Of a stretch of 64,000 nucleotides of DNA, positions 25,301 through 38,000 are shown one piece after another. Source of the stretch: Azolla caroliniana (Eukaryota; Plantae; Polypodiophyta); assembly GCA_043228905.1 (NCBI GenBank), contig JBHGNT010000001.1:28148001-28212000 (forward strand). The letters run 5' to 3'. Numbering within the stretch: position 1 is the first letter of the stretch; every line of letters starts with the position of its first letter. Position numbers and translations under genes: made by a program. The notes beneath the pieces are model-generated. The model was not told the DNA's origin. It did not search any database and saw only the letters and a program-made list of their open reading frames with translations.

Positions 25301-26637
25301 AAAACCTGCATCTACTCTAATGTCAGGGACATGTGTACGAACAAGTGTCAAACCATCCTTTAACTTGCTAATGGTAGTGCTAATAGTTTAATCGAGCTTA
25401 AACATCATTGCACTCACTAATAGCTTAGATACACATACATTGCTTTAAAGACTTAATCACACATAAAATGATGCTAAATTATTAGAAAATACAAGTAAGC
25501 AAAGCCACATACTCAGAGTACTTAAAACTGAAAACTTAGTGAATATTAGGCGAAAGAAATGAGAGAGAAAGATTAAGAGATTAAAATATATTTATAAAGT
25601 GAGGTTATCAATAACAAGCTAGTAAAAGGCTAAAGGTGGCTTTTCTAAGTGATTACTAAGGCCTATCTCTTTTTCCCATGTAATGAGCTCATCACTTGTG
25701 CCGATTTCTATGCCCATGGGCCATGCCATTGGACGGTGTAGAAATGGAGTGCATCATAGGTACTTAATAGAAAGCATCGTTCCCATTACATATCTTTGTA
25801 CTCCTTGGTTCCCATTACATATCTGTGTACTCCTTGATTGGATTTCTCCTGCCATTCTACACTTTTGTCAATTAGACCACCTCTATCTTTTCCTATTACA
25901 ACAATTATTGTTGGTTTCCATGATGCTCTTAATATTCATGTTATCATTTTACCTTTTACAATTTGCTTCAATGCCACCATGATTTGCCTTTCATGTTCAT
26001 GTTGAGATTTTGGGGTTCTATTTCAACTGTTTAAATTGATGTTCTTGGTTGTTGGCGTGGCCCTATGCCTCCCACTCTTCCTTGTATTTCCTAGCCTTGT
26101 TTCTACCTCTACCATTTGGCTTTTATCCACAAACTCTCAGGCTTATGGTGAAATTTTATAGACATTATTATTTGTTTTCTTCAAAACTAATTATGTTCTT
26201 AACCAACTTCTGAATTATGTGGAAAAGAAAATTTCCTTAAAAGCTAATCATCATGATAGTAGTTCAAAAACAAATTTGAAAAACTATTAAAATACCAAGT
26301 TATGCACAAGATACCAAGCATTTTTTGTACGACTACAGACCTTGTGCATTGTGAACAAGAAAGCTCAAAGAAAAACACATGACTCGAGGAACAAGAAAGT
26401 TAACAATACCTCAAGAGATGCCTTCAATTGGGATGAATTTTATATATAGTCAATCACATCAAAAAAGCAACTTCACAGCTGAAACCAACAAACAAACTCT
26501 TTGCTGTTGGCAAGCAAAGTGATAACTTTACAAGACAAGTTCTTTCTAAACTATTGAATGATATATACAAGAAACTAAATTCTACAAGGATATCTAACCA
26601 AAACATATTGTATACATCAAAAAGCAAGTCAACATTG

Positions 26638-29600
26638 TCAAAACAGAAGTCTACGAGCATGAACTTGGGTCAATCGATGTCGATTTTCAAATACTTCTGA
26701 ACCAATCTTATTATCTTTAAGAAGATTGGGACTATTTAAGCAAGCTTTTGATGTAGTAGCAGCATCTACATAGATTGTATCATACATACATTGAGAGGAT
26801 TCATCTGCTGGAGTTTTTGGAGAGGATGGGGAACATTTCTTATTCGTGGGAGATCTAGGTGAATGCTCCCCAAGTTTACTTGCTTTACATGGATACAACC
26901 TTTCATCGTTTTCCCCATCATCAATATAAATGATATTTGGCATTTTTGATACTTTACAACTACCTCTTTTCTCACTCATAAATACATTCCTCTCAAACTT
27001 GGCAGGGACATTCAATTCGTGTTTATCACCCCGATCATCATCATCATCATTATCTTCAACATGGATTACAGGTATATTACTTTTGGGAGTGGCATTATTT
27101 TCCTCTTTCTGAACAGTCTTTTTGCACTGATATTTCATACTAAAATTTATGCTTTTCGTGCTAATATCATTTCCTTGTACCTGGCTTTGGGCAATCTTCC
27201 CCACTAGACTAGAGATGAATCCTTCACTAATTGCTGTTTTACTAGAAGTGCAACATGGGTCCTCAACATCGGCAATATTTCCTTCCTTTCTTGATTTGAA
27301 GAAGGATGTGATCGTGAGCTGTTCTTTCGAGGTATCTTGTATCTTCTTCCTCCGAGAATTGCCTCTTTTTGTATTCTTGCGTGCATCCTGTGGTGCAACA
27401 ACATCTCATATCAAAGATCATCAAAGAAAAAACAACGAACAACATGCAACAAGCAAAAAGACTGAAAAACGAAAAACCATCACAAATAAAAAACTGAAAA
27501 ACGACAAGAGAAAAATAAAACCTTAATGATTTATACCTGCCCTTTCTCAAACTCCAAAACAATGTCGGGATATGCTTCCTTCAAAAGCATCATATCCTCA
27601 TCTGTGGTGAACATGATACTATTGTCGAGTTTCTCTGTCTCTAAATCAGAAACCATCGCCTCTAACTCATCTGATGATCTTTTCTCCTGAGAAGAATAAC
27701 TTGAATTCAATCCTAACCAATCATCTACATTCTTTGTGGTCAGTCTCCATCGGAGCCTATAGAGAGGCTTTGAGAACAAAATTTTGATTCGCTGGATTGA
27801 ATGAGGAACATAGAGTCCATTGATAGTTGGATTGATTGAATGTGATGTTGTCAAGCTCCTCATTGATGCTTTTTCTTTCAAACAATAGTAAGAGAGAAGA
27901 GGTAACACTTTTTGCCGAACATAGGCCTTACCCCAATGAAGGTGACCTTCGAGGAAGCTTTCAAGAGCTTCTAATTTAGGATGCTTCCATGCTAGAGCTA
28001 CTTTCACACTAGCCTCAACCCCTAAGATGTCATGTTCAGGATTCATAAAAATCTGAATTATTTCTTCATTAGGAAACCCTTTAGTTGCCAATATTTTCTC
28101 ACACACTTTGACTTGCCAACATATTTGTTTGGCATATTTCTTCATCGCTTCCCGCTATCAAAACAAGGTATTCATTCAATACAACACAATCAGCTTAAAA
28201 CGCAGTTTAACCGAATGTATTCCTTTGAAAAACATTGATAAATAGAAAAGTGTCATTACTTCTTTGCAATATTGACATGTACATTTAAAGCCTTGAACTT
28301 TTGGTCGACACCCTTGTTCACCAACACAATCATCTGAGCCATGATTCAGCCTACAGTACTGACAACCAAGTTTATTATGCAGCTTTTTTGTCCCCAAATG
28401 GCCACAAAAGGAGCAGTGGAATTTCTTTTGCGTGTTCCTATTTTCTTCCTCCGCTTGTTCAGTTTCGTGATCATAACAGCTTCTTAACCCACAATCAGAT
28501 TCTCTCATTTCTGTCCCAGATCCATGTTTTCCGTTCCCCCAATCCCGAAGCCTGTGCAACCAATGTTAGAAGATGCATTTGAAGTCTTTGCACAACTCCT
28601 ATTATTAATGGGAACCCTCAATATGTGGTGAAAATCCAGAAAACAGCATATAAAAGGATGAGAAAGTACTTTTTGAAGATGCAGCTGAAGTATTTATATT
28701 ACAAATTCTTTTTAAACACTATTAGATAAAGCATCTGAAGTCTTTATAGAATGATAATTTTTTCTTGTCATATGGGGTGAAGACCAACAAAAGGATGTTC
28801 AATTACCCTTAGAATATGCATCTGAAGTCTTCGATACAACAAAAATGTTTTATAGTAGTAACTTATACTACTAGTAGGAAATCTCTCAATATGAGGTGAA
28901 AACGAAAATGACAAACATGTATAACTACTGCTAGAAGCTGCATTTCAAGCCATTATACAAAAATTAATTAATTATTAATATCTAAAAAGTCCTATTGGAA
29001 ACTCAGTGAAGTGAAAAGCCAGAAAAAACAGAACAAAATTGTGTGGTTTTACTCTTAGAAGCTGCAATTGCAGTCTTCATACAAAAATATTTTAGCATTA
29101 CCCACAAAAGGATGAGTAACTACGCTTACTTAGATGGTCTTTATATACAATAAAATTTTCAATCAAGGGAGAAAACAGCAATCATATAAACCACCTGTCA
29201 AATATTTGCTCCTTTGGCACCTCCTTAATTAGGCGTATCGCATTTTGATAACCAATGCCAGACACACCATGAACATTATAGTCACAGCCTGCAAGAAGTG
29301 CTAATGCAACCAAATGCTCTCGGTGCAGTCCTAAGAAAGATTCGATGTCCCTCATCATATATGACTCCATGCGTGGATCCTAAGATCCAACCACTCACTA
29401 ATAAGATTTTTTCTTGTTCACTTGTAAGCTTTTTTTTATAATTTCCAAAATACCAAACATATAAATAGACCGTTGCACTATATACCTTTAGATCTGCTTG
29501 GAGATTTTTTATGACATGCCTTGCACCATAAAGAAATGCATCACTATCTGGTGTTAGGCATGCATGTACAAGGCCCTCCTTCTCTAGTTCTGCACAAAGG

Positions 29601-31930
29601 CCTTCTGCTTCATGCTTAGCCCTTAATACAGGTACTCCAAGAAGCTCTAGCAATTCCTGAGTGACAAACCAATGCTTTAAAATATAAGACGGATAGCTTG
29701 AAAGAGAAAAAGGTAACAAAAGTAGCAATCTTACCACACACTCTTTAATATTTTCCATAAAATGGTTGTTTCTTGCTCTGCTACTGTCTGCACCTCCTGC
29801 AGAACTATCCAAATGTATACCAGATATCCTGCTGAAGCGATCCAAGCGCACTTGTAATTTTAATGGAGGTGGATCTCCATCAGCCACAAACACCGGATAT
29901 GCACCGATCTGCATCAAAAACAAAACTCTGCATAAGATAAGTTTTCTAACAAGTCCATATTGCATCTCTAGTTTCAAACGAAATCTCACAAATATAAATT
30001 TGTCCCATCACATATTCCTCTATAATATCCAATATATGAATTTTGTATAGTCTTTCTATAAAATACAGTACATATTTAACTTATCTTGCAGCCACTATGA
30101 TCACCCGACTCCTTGATGTTTTTGCCTTCAATATGATGTGAGTATGCTGCTTGTTGTATATTATCTCGATCACTGTCTTCGCTCCTACAGTTTTTAGTCT
30201 ATCGCAGCCACATTACTGTCAGCTCACTTTTTGCGTCTCGTCTTCAATAGGATTTAGACATCCTTTTTGTTGTGAAAAAACTCACTCAAGGTCTTCTCCC
30301 ATAAAGGTGACAATATCTTGCTTTATTTTATTGTTGTTACTTCAAACAGATCATGTGCATTGTCTTGCAAACCATAAAACATACATCACAAATATGGACA
30401 TCTCTACAATTCGTCACTAAACCTAGACATTTTTTTTTTTTAGTATGGATAACATGAATTCACTCATATTTGTAATCATGATCTGTCTCATACGCTGATT
30501 TTGGTCTCTAGTTGACGTTAATATATCTTTCTTTCTCTCTCTCTAACAAGGAGAGCATTGTATATACAACAGATACCTCTTGGTAATTTTTGAAGACTTT
30601 AGCATATTTTGATAAATATCCCCTTTTTACGTTATGTGAACGTAGATATGACAGAGGCATACCTCTTGGTAATTTTTGAAGGCTTTAACATATTTTGATA
30701 AATATCCCTTTTTTATGTATCATGAACGTAGATTGCATGGCTCTAGCAAACTATGGCATTCGTATTTACACACAAAATTACTAGAGAGAGTGCCTATTGA
30801 TCTCATTCTCTCTGTCTCTCTCTATCTGCTTTTACTTTGGTGGTAAGCAAAGTTTTTAGTAATTCATATACCTGGGTTCAAATCGCACTAATTGCACTAA
30901 TTTACTAGAGACCTCTGCCAAAAGACGAGGATTGAATGCATGAGCCTTTGGTCTCCTCTGTACAACCTACCTTTGGTTTCCTATGTACAACCTATTCATT
31001 TCTCTCTTTTTGACATTTTTCGTGATGGGTCTTGTATCGATTAGTATGCTTTGCAAAAGACACAGAACAACTTGATGTCTAACAAAGAAACCAAAGAGAT
31101 AGTTGCATGACAAGGAGCCGACCGTCCTTGATAATAATATGAATGGATTTCTGATAATCCAACAATGCCAACCACCCAAAAAATGGAGAAAGTGAAAAAC
31201 CATCACATGTAGTTGTACAGAGCTTGCTACTCTCAGTATGCCAGAAAATGTATCTTGTGGATGAATGATGCTCCGGTGAATTCGATGTGCTATAAGGCAA
31301 GATAAATACCCATGGAAACAGGTCTCATTGGCTGTAATACAAAAGTATTAATAAGCCAGCATATCACTATCGTGGAATTCCACCGACCTCAGCCTTTGTG
31401 GAGACCCCAAATGGAGTTGCCCCCATTACTGAACATTAGTGAGCAAATTATATATCTTATTGGCAGATGTGAATTCTTGGGTTCTGATTTCTAATCTTAC
31501 CAAGGCCTATCCAAGTCTAGGTGAGGAAAGGCTTGTCAACCACGACCTATCCGAACCCATTGTGTGGTACTCTTGAGGCATATGGGATCTTCTACCTAAA
31601 GATCAAACGCCATTCAAGTATACTGGGCATATGTCTCTCCCATATCTGACCTCCCATGACAAATAATTAAAATCTATTACCTTTCTATCTATCCATCCAT
31701 GGGTCTCTTATCAACATACACAAGTAACTAACCTTTGCGACGAGGTGGATGGTCCGGAAGAAGAGGAGGCGTAAATGGGGTTTGCGAAGGGGGATGCCCT
31801 TCACGCTGCTGAGCAATTGTATCATCCAGAAGGAAAGGTCGACAGCCAACACCTTCCCCCGTAGAGACTCCAAACTCTCCATGCGAGCTAACGGTTTTAA
31901 CATGTCCCAGAAGCCTTTGCCTAATCCCAT
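26638..31930 (-). CDS. GEN1: Holliday-junction resolvase/flap endonuclease GEN1 (XPG/Rad2 family), 7 exons, about 795 aa
   Basis: Exons 31930-31733, 29908-29735, 29656-29486, 29379-29195, 28551-28260, 28154-27537 and 27387-26638 are phase-consistent; MGLGKGFWDMLKP, AVDLSFW, KPHLRLLFFRTI, VFVADG, EAEGLCA, DSDAFLYGA and LLAGCDY motifs; plant GEN1 Cys/His insert; C-terminal RRLLF*. Confidence 0.93.
28568..29080. repeat. Degenerate minisatellite in GEN1 intron 4
   Basis: agaagatgcat(c/t)tgaagtctt variants at about 28569, 28674, 28728, 28811, 28933 and 29057, interleaved with atatgnggtgaaaa variants. Confidence 0.6.
30573..30733. repeat. Tandem duplication, two copies of about 85 bp, in GEN1 intron 1
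   Basis: atacctcttggtaatttttgaag...gataaatatccc...gaacgtagat occurs twice. Confidence 0.8.
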
Positions 31931-32303
31931 GGCCTCGCTCGCTCAGGTAGGGCTTCTTGCTTTTGCTAGGCCATAGCCCTGCTCCTCCTGCTCCTCTTCT
32001 TCTTGTTCTTGTTCTTCTAGACGTATTATTGTTCTCTCTACCTTTGCCATGAATATGGTGTAGGAGTGAGAGGTGAAAAGGATAGTAGATTCTATTGATT
32101 TTTGTCATCATTGACACTATTTCCAGTATAGATAATAGATATATACATACATCATGTCCTGCCTCTTGTGAAAGCCGATGATACATCAGCATTCATGACC
32201 CTTGTGTGTGTGTCAAAGAAAGAGAGACAGAGAGAGCCTAGATAGATGTAGTTCAATTGGCAAGGTTGGTCATGGGTTCAATCCCTACATTCCGCAATGG
32301 CAT

Positions 32304-33150
32304 CTAGTGAATTACGAGATATGTATGAAGTATATAATAGAGAGGTGAGAAATTTGGGTCTTGGTCCAAGATGTATGGAAAGCATGGTTGAATATGATCA
32401 AAGGCAGAGCATTGTATCAATTGTATCAAAGTGTGATACTCAAACTCTCGTACTTGTTTAGGGCAAAGTGTGCATAGTTCATCACTCTCGTCACTTGTGC
32501 CCCAACACCCCGTCTCACATCGCAATGCATGTGAGGTGAGTCGCATGGAAGCAATGGTTCAAATGGTGGATAACGGGATGGGCTCTAACATGTATTGATG
32601 TGTACGGTTTCCTCGTTCTACGAAGAGTATGGCTTTGTAGTTAGGTGCAACATGTGTAGTATAATGTGTGAAGCGTGAGTCTCCACATTTGTCCCACGTC
32701 ATGATACATTGGTGTTGCAAAAAGGCCTCATTTATAGAGGAATCTAGTGATGTATCATGAAGCAAGTGTGTTGCATCCCATTTACCAAACCCTTTTTTCA
32801 TATATTGCATCCAACCAAAACACAAAAAAATTGCTTTTATGTGTCTTTTGCATCTTTTTACTTGCTTCCCATGCAATTCTAAGAAGTCGATGTGAGGGAC
32901 ATTATTGAATCTTAAGCATGTATTCAACAACCCTTTCCATGACCATGATCTCAATGGGGGGGGGGGGGGGAGAGAGAGTTAGATTACCGTCCTCAAAGAT
33001 CAAAGTAATTGACCCATGTGACCAACAATGGAACGTTTTCCCATAAGCGTGAGTGGAACTAAGTAGCGGCTCTCGATGTTCTGGAAATTTTTGTTGTGAT
33101 GACACGTTGCGACATTGCACCCAAAAAAAGTGTGATATTGAGACTTTCAA
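32304..33150 (-). mobile_element. Decayed 3' end of a non-LTR retrotransposon with C-terminal CCHC zinc finger
   Basis: RLTSHALRCETGCWG...LCTLCPKQVREFEYHTLIQ...CSAFDHI matches the RxxSHxLxxETGRW...CxxC...ExHxxxxC pattern of LINE ORF2 C-termini; frameshifted. Confidence 0.65.
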
Positions 33151-34110
33151 ACTTGTGCAGAGGGAAAATGTATATCCTCATTTGATGGCAATGCTAATAT
33201 TCTAATAGGAAAATGTATATCCTCGTTTGATGGCAATGCTAGTATTTTAATAGGCTTAATAGTTCTATGTATGTGTGGACATATAGATGCAAATTTTTAA
33301 TATTGTCATTCCCTTTGAATTTCAATGTTTTGGAAACATACACAAATTTTATTGCATATAGGCATCAATTAAGGAATAAATCGATAAAAAAGAATTAAAC
33401 CTCAAATGGACCCTAGCAATAGATATTCGAGCTTTCTCTTTCTCTCTCACACACACATGCTTTTTGGCGTGAAAACACACGATTATATTAATAAATGTGT
33501 AAGAAAAACACTACTTACAATGGGTGTCACGATGGATATGGGTAGCACTCCATTGAGGAAAGAATTTCCATTTGCTCCAATAATGAAATTTGTCACATTA
33601 TTACTCCATGCAAATTTCATAGATATGCCTTGACTCCATATCTACCATCAAATACAAAAGTATTGCACATATCCCAATTATAACGCAATCCTCAATACCT
33701 CAAAAATAGGAAAACGGTCTCCATATCTGATTTTGGGTCAAATTGTATGATTTGTGCAAACACATGTTGTCTAGATGTCAAATAACATTGTGATAAAACT
33801 TGCCAAATTTGAGGAATGTAAGTCTAAATTTGAGAATCAATCATACATTGTATGAAACGACAAGTAATATCTTCCATTTGAACAACGCAAAAGAAACAAT
33901 TGGCCGTTCCATGTCCATGTCACTTTAGAGGTAATCCCTAAGGCAAACCCCCAATCAAAACACTCCAAATGAAAACCTTTGCTACGAGTGGCAAGTTAGA
34001 ATGCCAGAACGTTTTGAGATCTACCACCGTCCATGATCAAAGTTAAGTATTTTCCGTTCTTCTTTAGCCTTAGAAGTAGCTGTTAAAGAGACTAAACATA
34101 ACATCTCTCG

Positions 34111-34150
<40 letters not shown>

Positions 34151-34776
34151 GTATGTATATATATTGTGTGTGCATGATTTGCCTCAAACAAGTTCTTGAG
34201 TTGAAATGGATCACGTGACATGGTCGAAGCATAGACTGTGACGAAGTAATAGTTTAATTGATGAGAGCACTACTCTCATAGGTCACATGTCCACAATGAT
34301 GGGATCGTAGTTCAATTGGTCAAAAAGCACAATCTTTCATGGGCATAGAGCATATATATATATATCATGACATGGAAGTGTTGCGGTCGTTGGCTCATTC
34401 ACACTGTTTGCACTCTCGATCACCTGGTGAAATGGACATGTCCAACCGAGTTACAAAAAAGCCAAGTTCCCTTCTATACTATATACGGGAACAAACTACG
34501 ACAACCACATCATCATCTATTGTGTTACTATCAGAGGGCAATGGCATCTAAGATATACATACATGTATGGTGGCATCTAGGATATACATACATGATACAT
34601 GTATGGAGGGACGAGGTAATTGGGTTTCGAACGTGGGACGTAGTGCTACTAGTACATATATAAACTCACCATTAGGGCCATATTATAAATTACGATAAAT
34701 AAGGGAAAGAAATAGAGCAGAGAGAGCGGAATCAAAAGAAGCATTTGATTTACATTAATTATATGTATTTTAGAGA

Positions 34777-34782
34777 GGCCCA
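34777..34782. promoter_or_regulatory. Site II element (GGCCCA) upstream of RHL1
   Basis: ggccca about 290 bp upstream of the ATG; short motif, so a chance match is possible. Confidence 0.35.
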
Positions 34783-34796
34783 CAATTTCCTCTCTC

Positions 34797-34816
34797 CCGC
34801 CCAACCCAACACGCAA

Positions 34817-34913
<97 letters not shown>

Positions 34914-34920
34914 AGACACA
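34797..34920. repeat. Compound (CT)n(CA)n microsatellite in the RHL1 5' region
   Basis: Seen directly. Confidence 0.9.
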
Positions 34921-35071
34921 GTGAAGAGTGTGTTTTTTGCTCTCCTATTCTCAGTTCCAATTCCTTTGGATGCCTCTGGGCTTCTCAGAAACTCCGTCGT
35001 GCTGCTGTTACTCTCTCGTTTCTTCTCCTCCCTTCTTTTTCTTCTTCTTCTTCTTCTTTTCTCATCGTGCT

Positions 35072-38000
35072 ATGGTCCGCGCCGGAGCTCCCCCCTCCTC
35101 AACCAAGAAGAAAGAGAAAGAAGCCCCAGCTTCCGGGGAAGATAATACAGATGAATTAGAAAGCAAACGCTTGCGAGGACTTTCGTTCGCTAATCGTCTA
35201 CTTTCCAAGACAAGATCTCATGCTCAGCATCCTTTATTTCCTTCAAAAAGTAAACTCCTCCTCCTTCTTCCCTTTTTCTTTTGCTATTTGTAAATTGATG
35301 TATTGCGCGATGATCTCTGGGCTTATTACTTTGAAATTAAGAGGGGGATTCATCACTGTTTGCACCCTTTCAGAAGCAAGATGTTCTTATACCTCCTCAC
35401 TGTCACTTTGTGATTTCATATACTGCGTAGTGAATTTTGGTTTTCTTATTTGAAATTAAAAATAAGAATCATCATCCATCGTGTAATTGAAATAGAAAGC
35501 AATCAAACTTTGCGTCATGTTCTTCTAATTGGAATTTGATACATTGTACGATGATTCTGGTTTGAATTGAAGGGCAAATCCATCATCCTTTCATCCTTCA
35601 AGTACAACTTCTTCTTCTTCTTCTTCTTCTCTTCCTCCTCCTCTTATCAATTCGTGAAATTGCACACTGATTCTAGTTTGCTCAATTGGAATGGAAAAGC
35701 AAGGGTTCTACTCCATATAGGAACGCAGTATATTGCACAATGACCTTAGTTTTCTTACTTGAAATGTGAAGAGAGACTCACCATTCTTCGTGGTACTCTT
35801 CCAAAATAAGCGTTCATCTTCTCTCAGGACTTTTGATATATTGAACAGTTATTTTAGTTTGCATATTTGAAAATTGAAAGGGAGAGATTGTGCTTAACAT
35901 TCTTCCAAGTTTAAGTTTTTTTCTCCTGGTTGGTATTTGAAAGGGAGAAAAATCGCATTATAAGTGTAGCCAGAGAAAAGAAGTTTGTATGAAACTTCTA
36001 CAAATACTATATTTGAGATCCTTATGCAGAATGCATATACTCAGTTCTGTATGTAATGTTTTACCAATAGTGATTCTAAAGCTATCAACCAAACAGAAAT
36101 CCTTTGCTGGCAAATCATCTAATTGGTGGATCTAGATTGCTTCCTCCAAGACGAGAGGAAGAAACAATGGCCTTACAGAATGTCTCCAGTTAAGAATTTT
36201 GGATGAAACTTCACAATTCTAGATTTATGCTGAATGGATATGCTTAATTCTAGATGTGATGCTCACAGTTCTACTTACTCAATTATATCAATAAAGCTGT
36301 AAACTTAAAAGGAGAGATCTACATTTCCTGCAAATGGTTTGATGTATGATATGTTTAATAGTCTTCCTTCTTGACCTATTTATAGCTATTTTAAAGTCGG
36401 ATGGGAGGGATATTGTGAAGAAAACTACCAGGAAGAGCAAGTATTTATTTTCATTTCCTGGACTTATGGCACCTGTAGCTTGCGGGAAGCTTGGAGATCT
36501 GTCAAATTTGGATTCAAAGAATCCTGTGTTGTATGTAGAATTTCCCGAGGTTAGTTTTCCATGGAATCTGTAACCTACAATTGAAGATCGCTGTTTCTTG
36601 CTTCCAATGGTCTTTCTTTATTTTTCTATGCTTGATAAGATGTATTGTTGAATGTTATTTATATTTAGGGGCGACTCAAACTATTTGGAACGATTGTTTA
36701 CCCTAAGAATAAGTATCTAACTTTACACTTCCAACGAGGATCTGGAAGTGTTCTCTGTGAGGATTCCTTTGAATCTATTGTAAGGGTTTTTTTTGTTTTG
36801 TTTTAATATGTAGTCGTTTGCTTTTGCATAATGTTAACCTAAATTCTCATTCACTATTCATCAGGTTGTCTTTTCAGTTGCATGGTGGATTGGTACCAAA
36901 GAGCAAAATCCAGAGGAAGCTCGCCTCCCCTTGCCAAAGAGTGTAGAAGAGGTAATGGTGAATTTCTTTGATATCATTCTTCATAGTAGTTGTCCTAGTT
37001 TCTGTGTGCTAAAAATGCTATAATTTGCATGCAGGTTAAGCATACTGAATTTGATTTCACATCAGGTGCTGGCCAAGCAAGTGACTCTAACAAATCTAAA
37101 GTTCAGAATGAGAATGCAATTCAACCTATTCTGCAGACGCAAGCTGATGTCTCAGGAGATGAAGTTAATGCTAATGATACTGAGATTGGGGCAGTAAACC
37201 AACCTTCTATGCGACAATCTGCTCGTACAGCAGGAAAGCAATTGAAGTATGAATTCTCCTTTCATGGATATCCAAAACCTGAAATATGTCTTGTATGACA
37301 GTCAATTTTAGAATAAGTGCTAACCCATACTTTATTTGTTTCAGGTATGCAGAGTCATCTGATACTGGAAGTGATACTAGTAGCAGTGACACCAAAGAAT
37401 CTGAACAGGTTTTAAAGAGCAGGGGAAAAGAGATGCTCGAAACATCCAATGATATGTGTACTGACGTAGGCATTAATGTCGGTGTACATTCAGGTAACAA
37501 AATCAAATGTATATTCTTCAAATTCAAATATTATGTATACTACTAATATATTAACTTCAACTTAAATACCTAGGTGCTAAAACTATGATTGTACTAGATG
37601 CTGAGGATGATAAACCTGCTGAAGAAAAAATAGGAATTCAAATGACTGAGAATAGTGTTCATTCTGATGTGCAAACTATGAGTAAAAAAATACAAACTTC
37701 AGTGAAAAAGTCTGTCAAGGGATCAATCAACAAGTCAACAGTATTGAAACAGACTCGTCTAGATGCTTTTCAGAAAAAGCTCGTTGCTAAGGTACCATAA
37801 TAACTGATTGGTCCATTTCAACAGATTGAATATTTCTGTTTGGGTACTATTGCTGGTATAGAAGTCAATATCTCATTTTCCAGGATGAAGGCCTGGCTAC
37901 GATGGTTGACGTATTGACCCCAAAGACAACTTCTAAAGGTATGATTTGTTTGATTGTGGATGCATTTTCTCTCTTGGTTCATAGGATTTTTATAGAATGT

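Noticed and set aside
27204-27404. 66-aa ORF suggesting a GEN1 frameshift
   Set aside because: Using the acceptor at 27387 gives a continuous frame to the stop at 26638.
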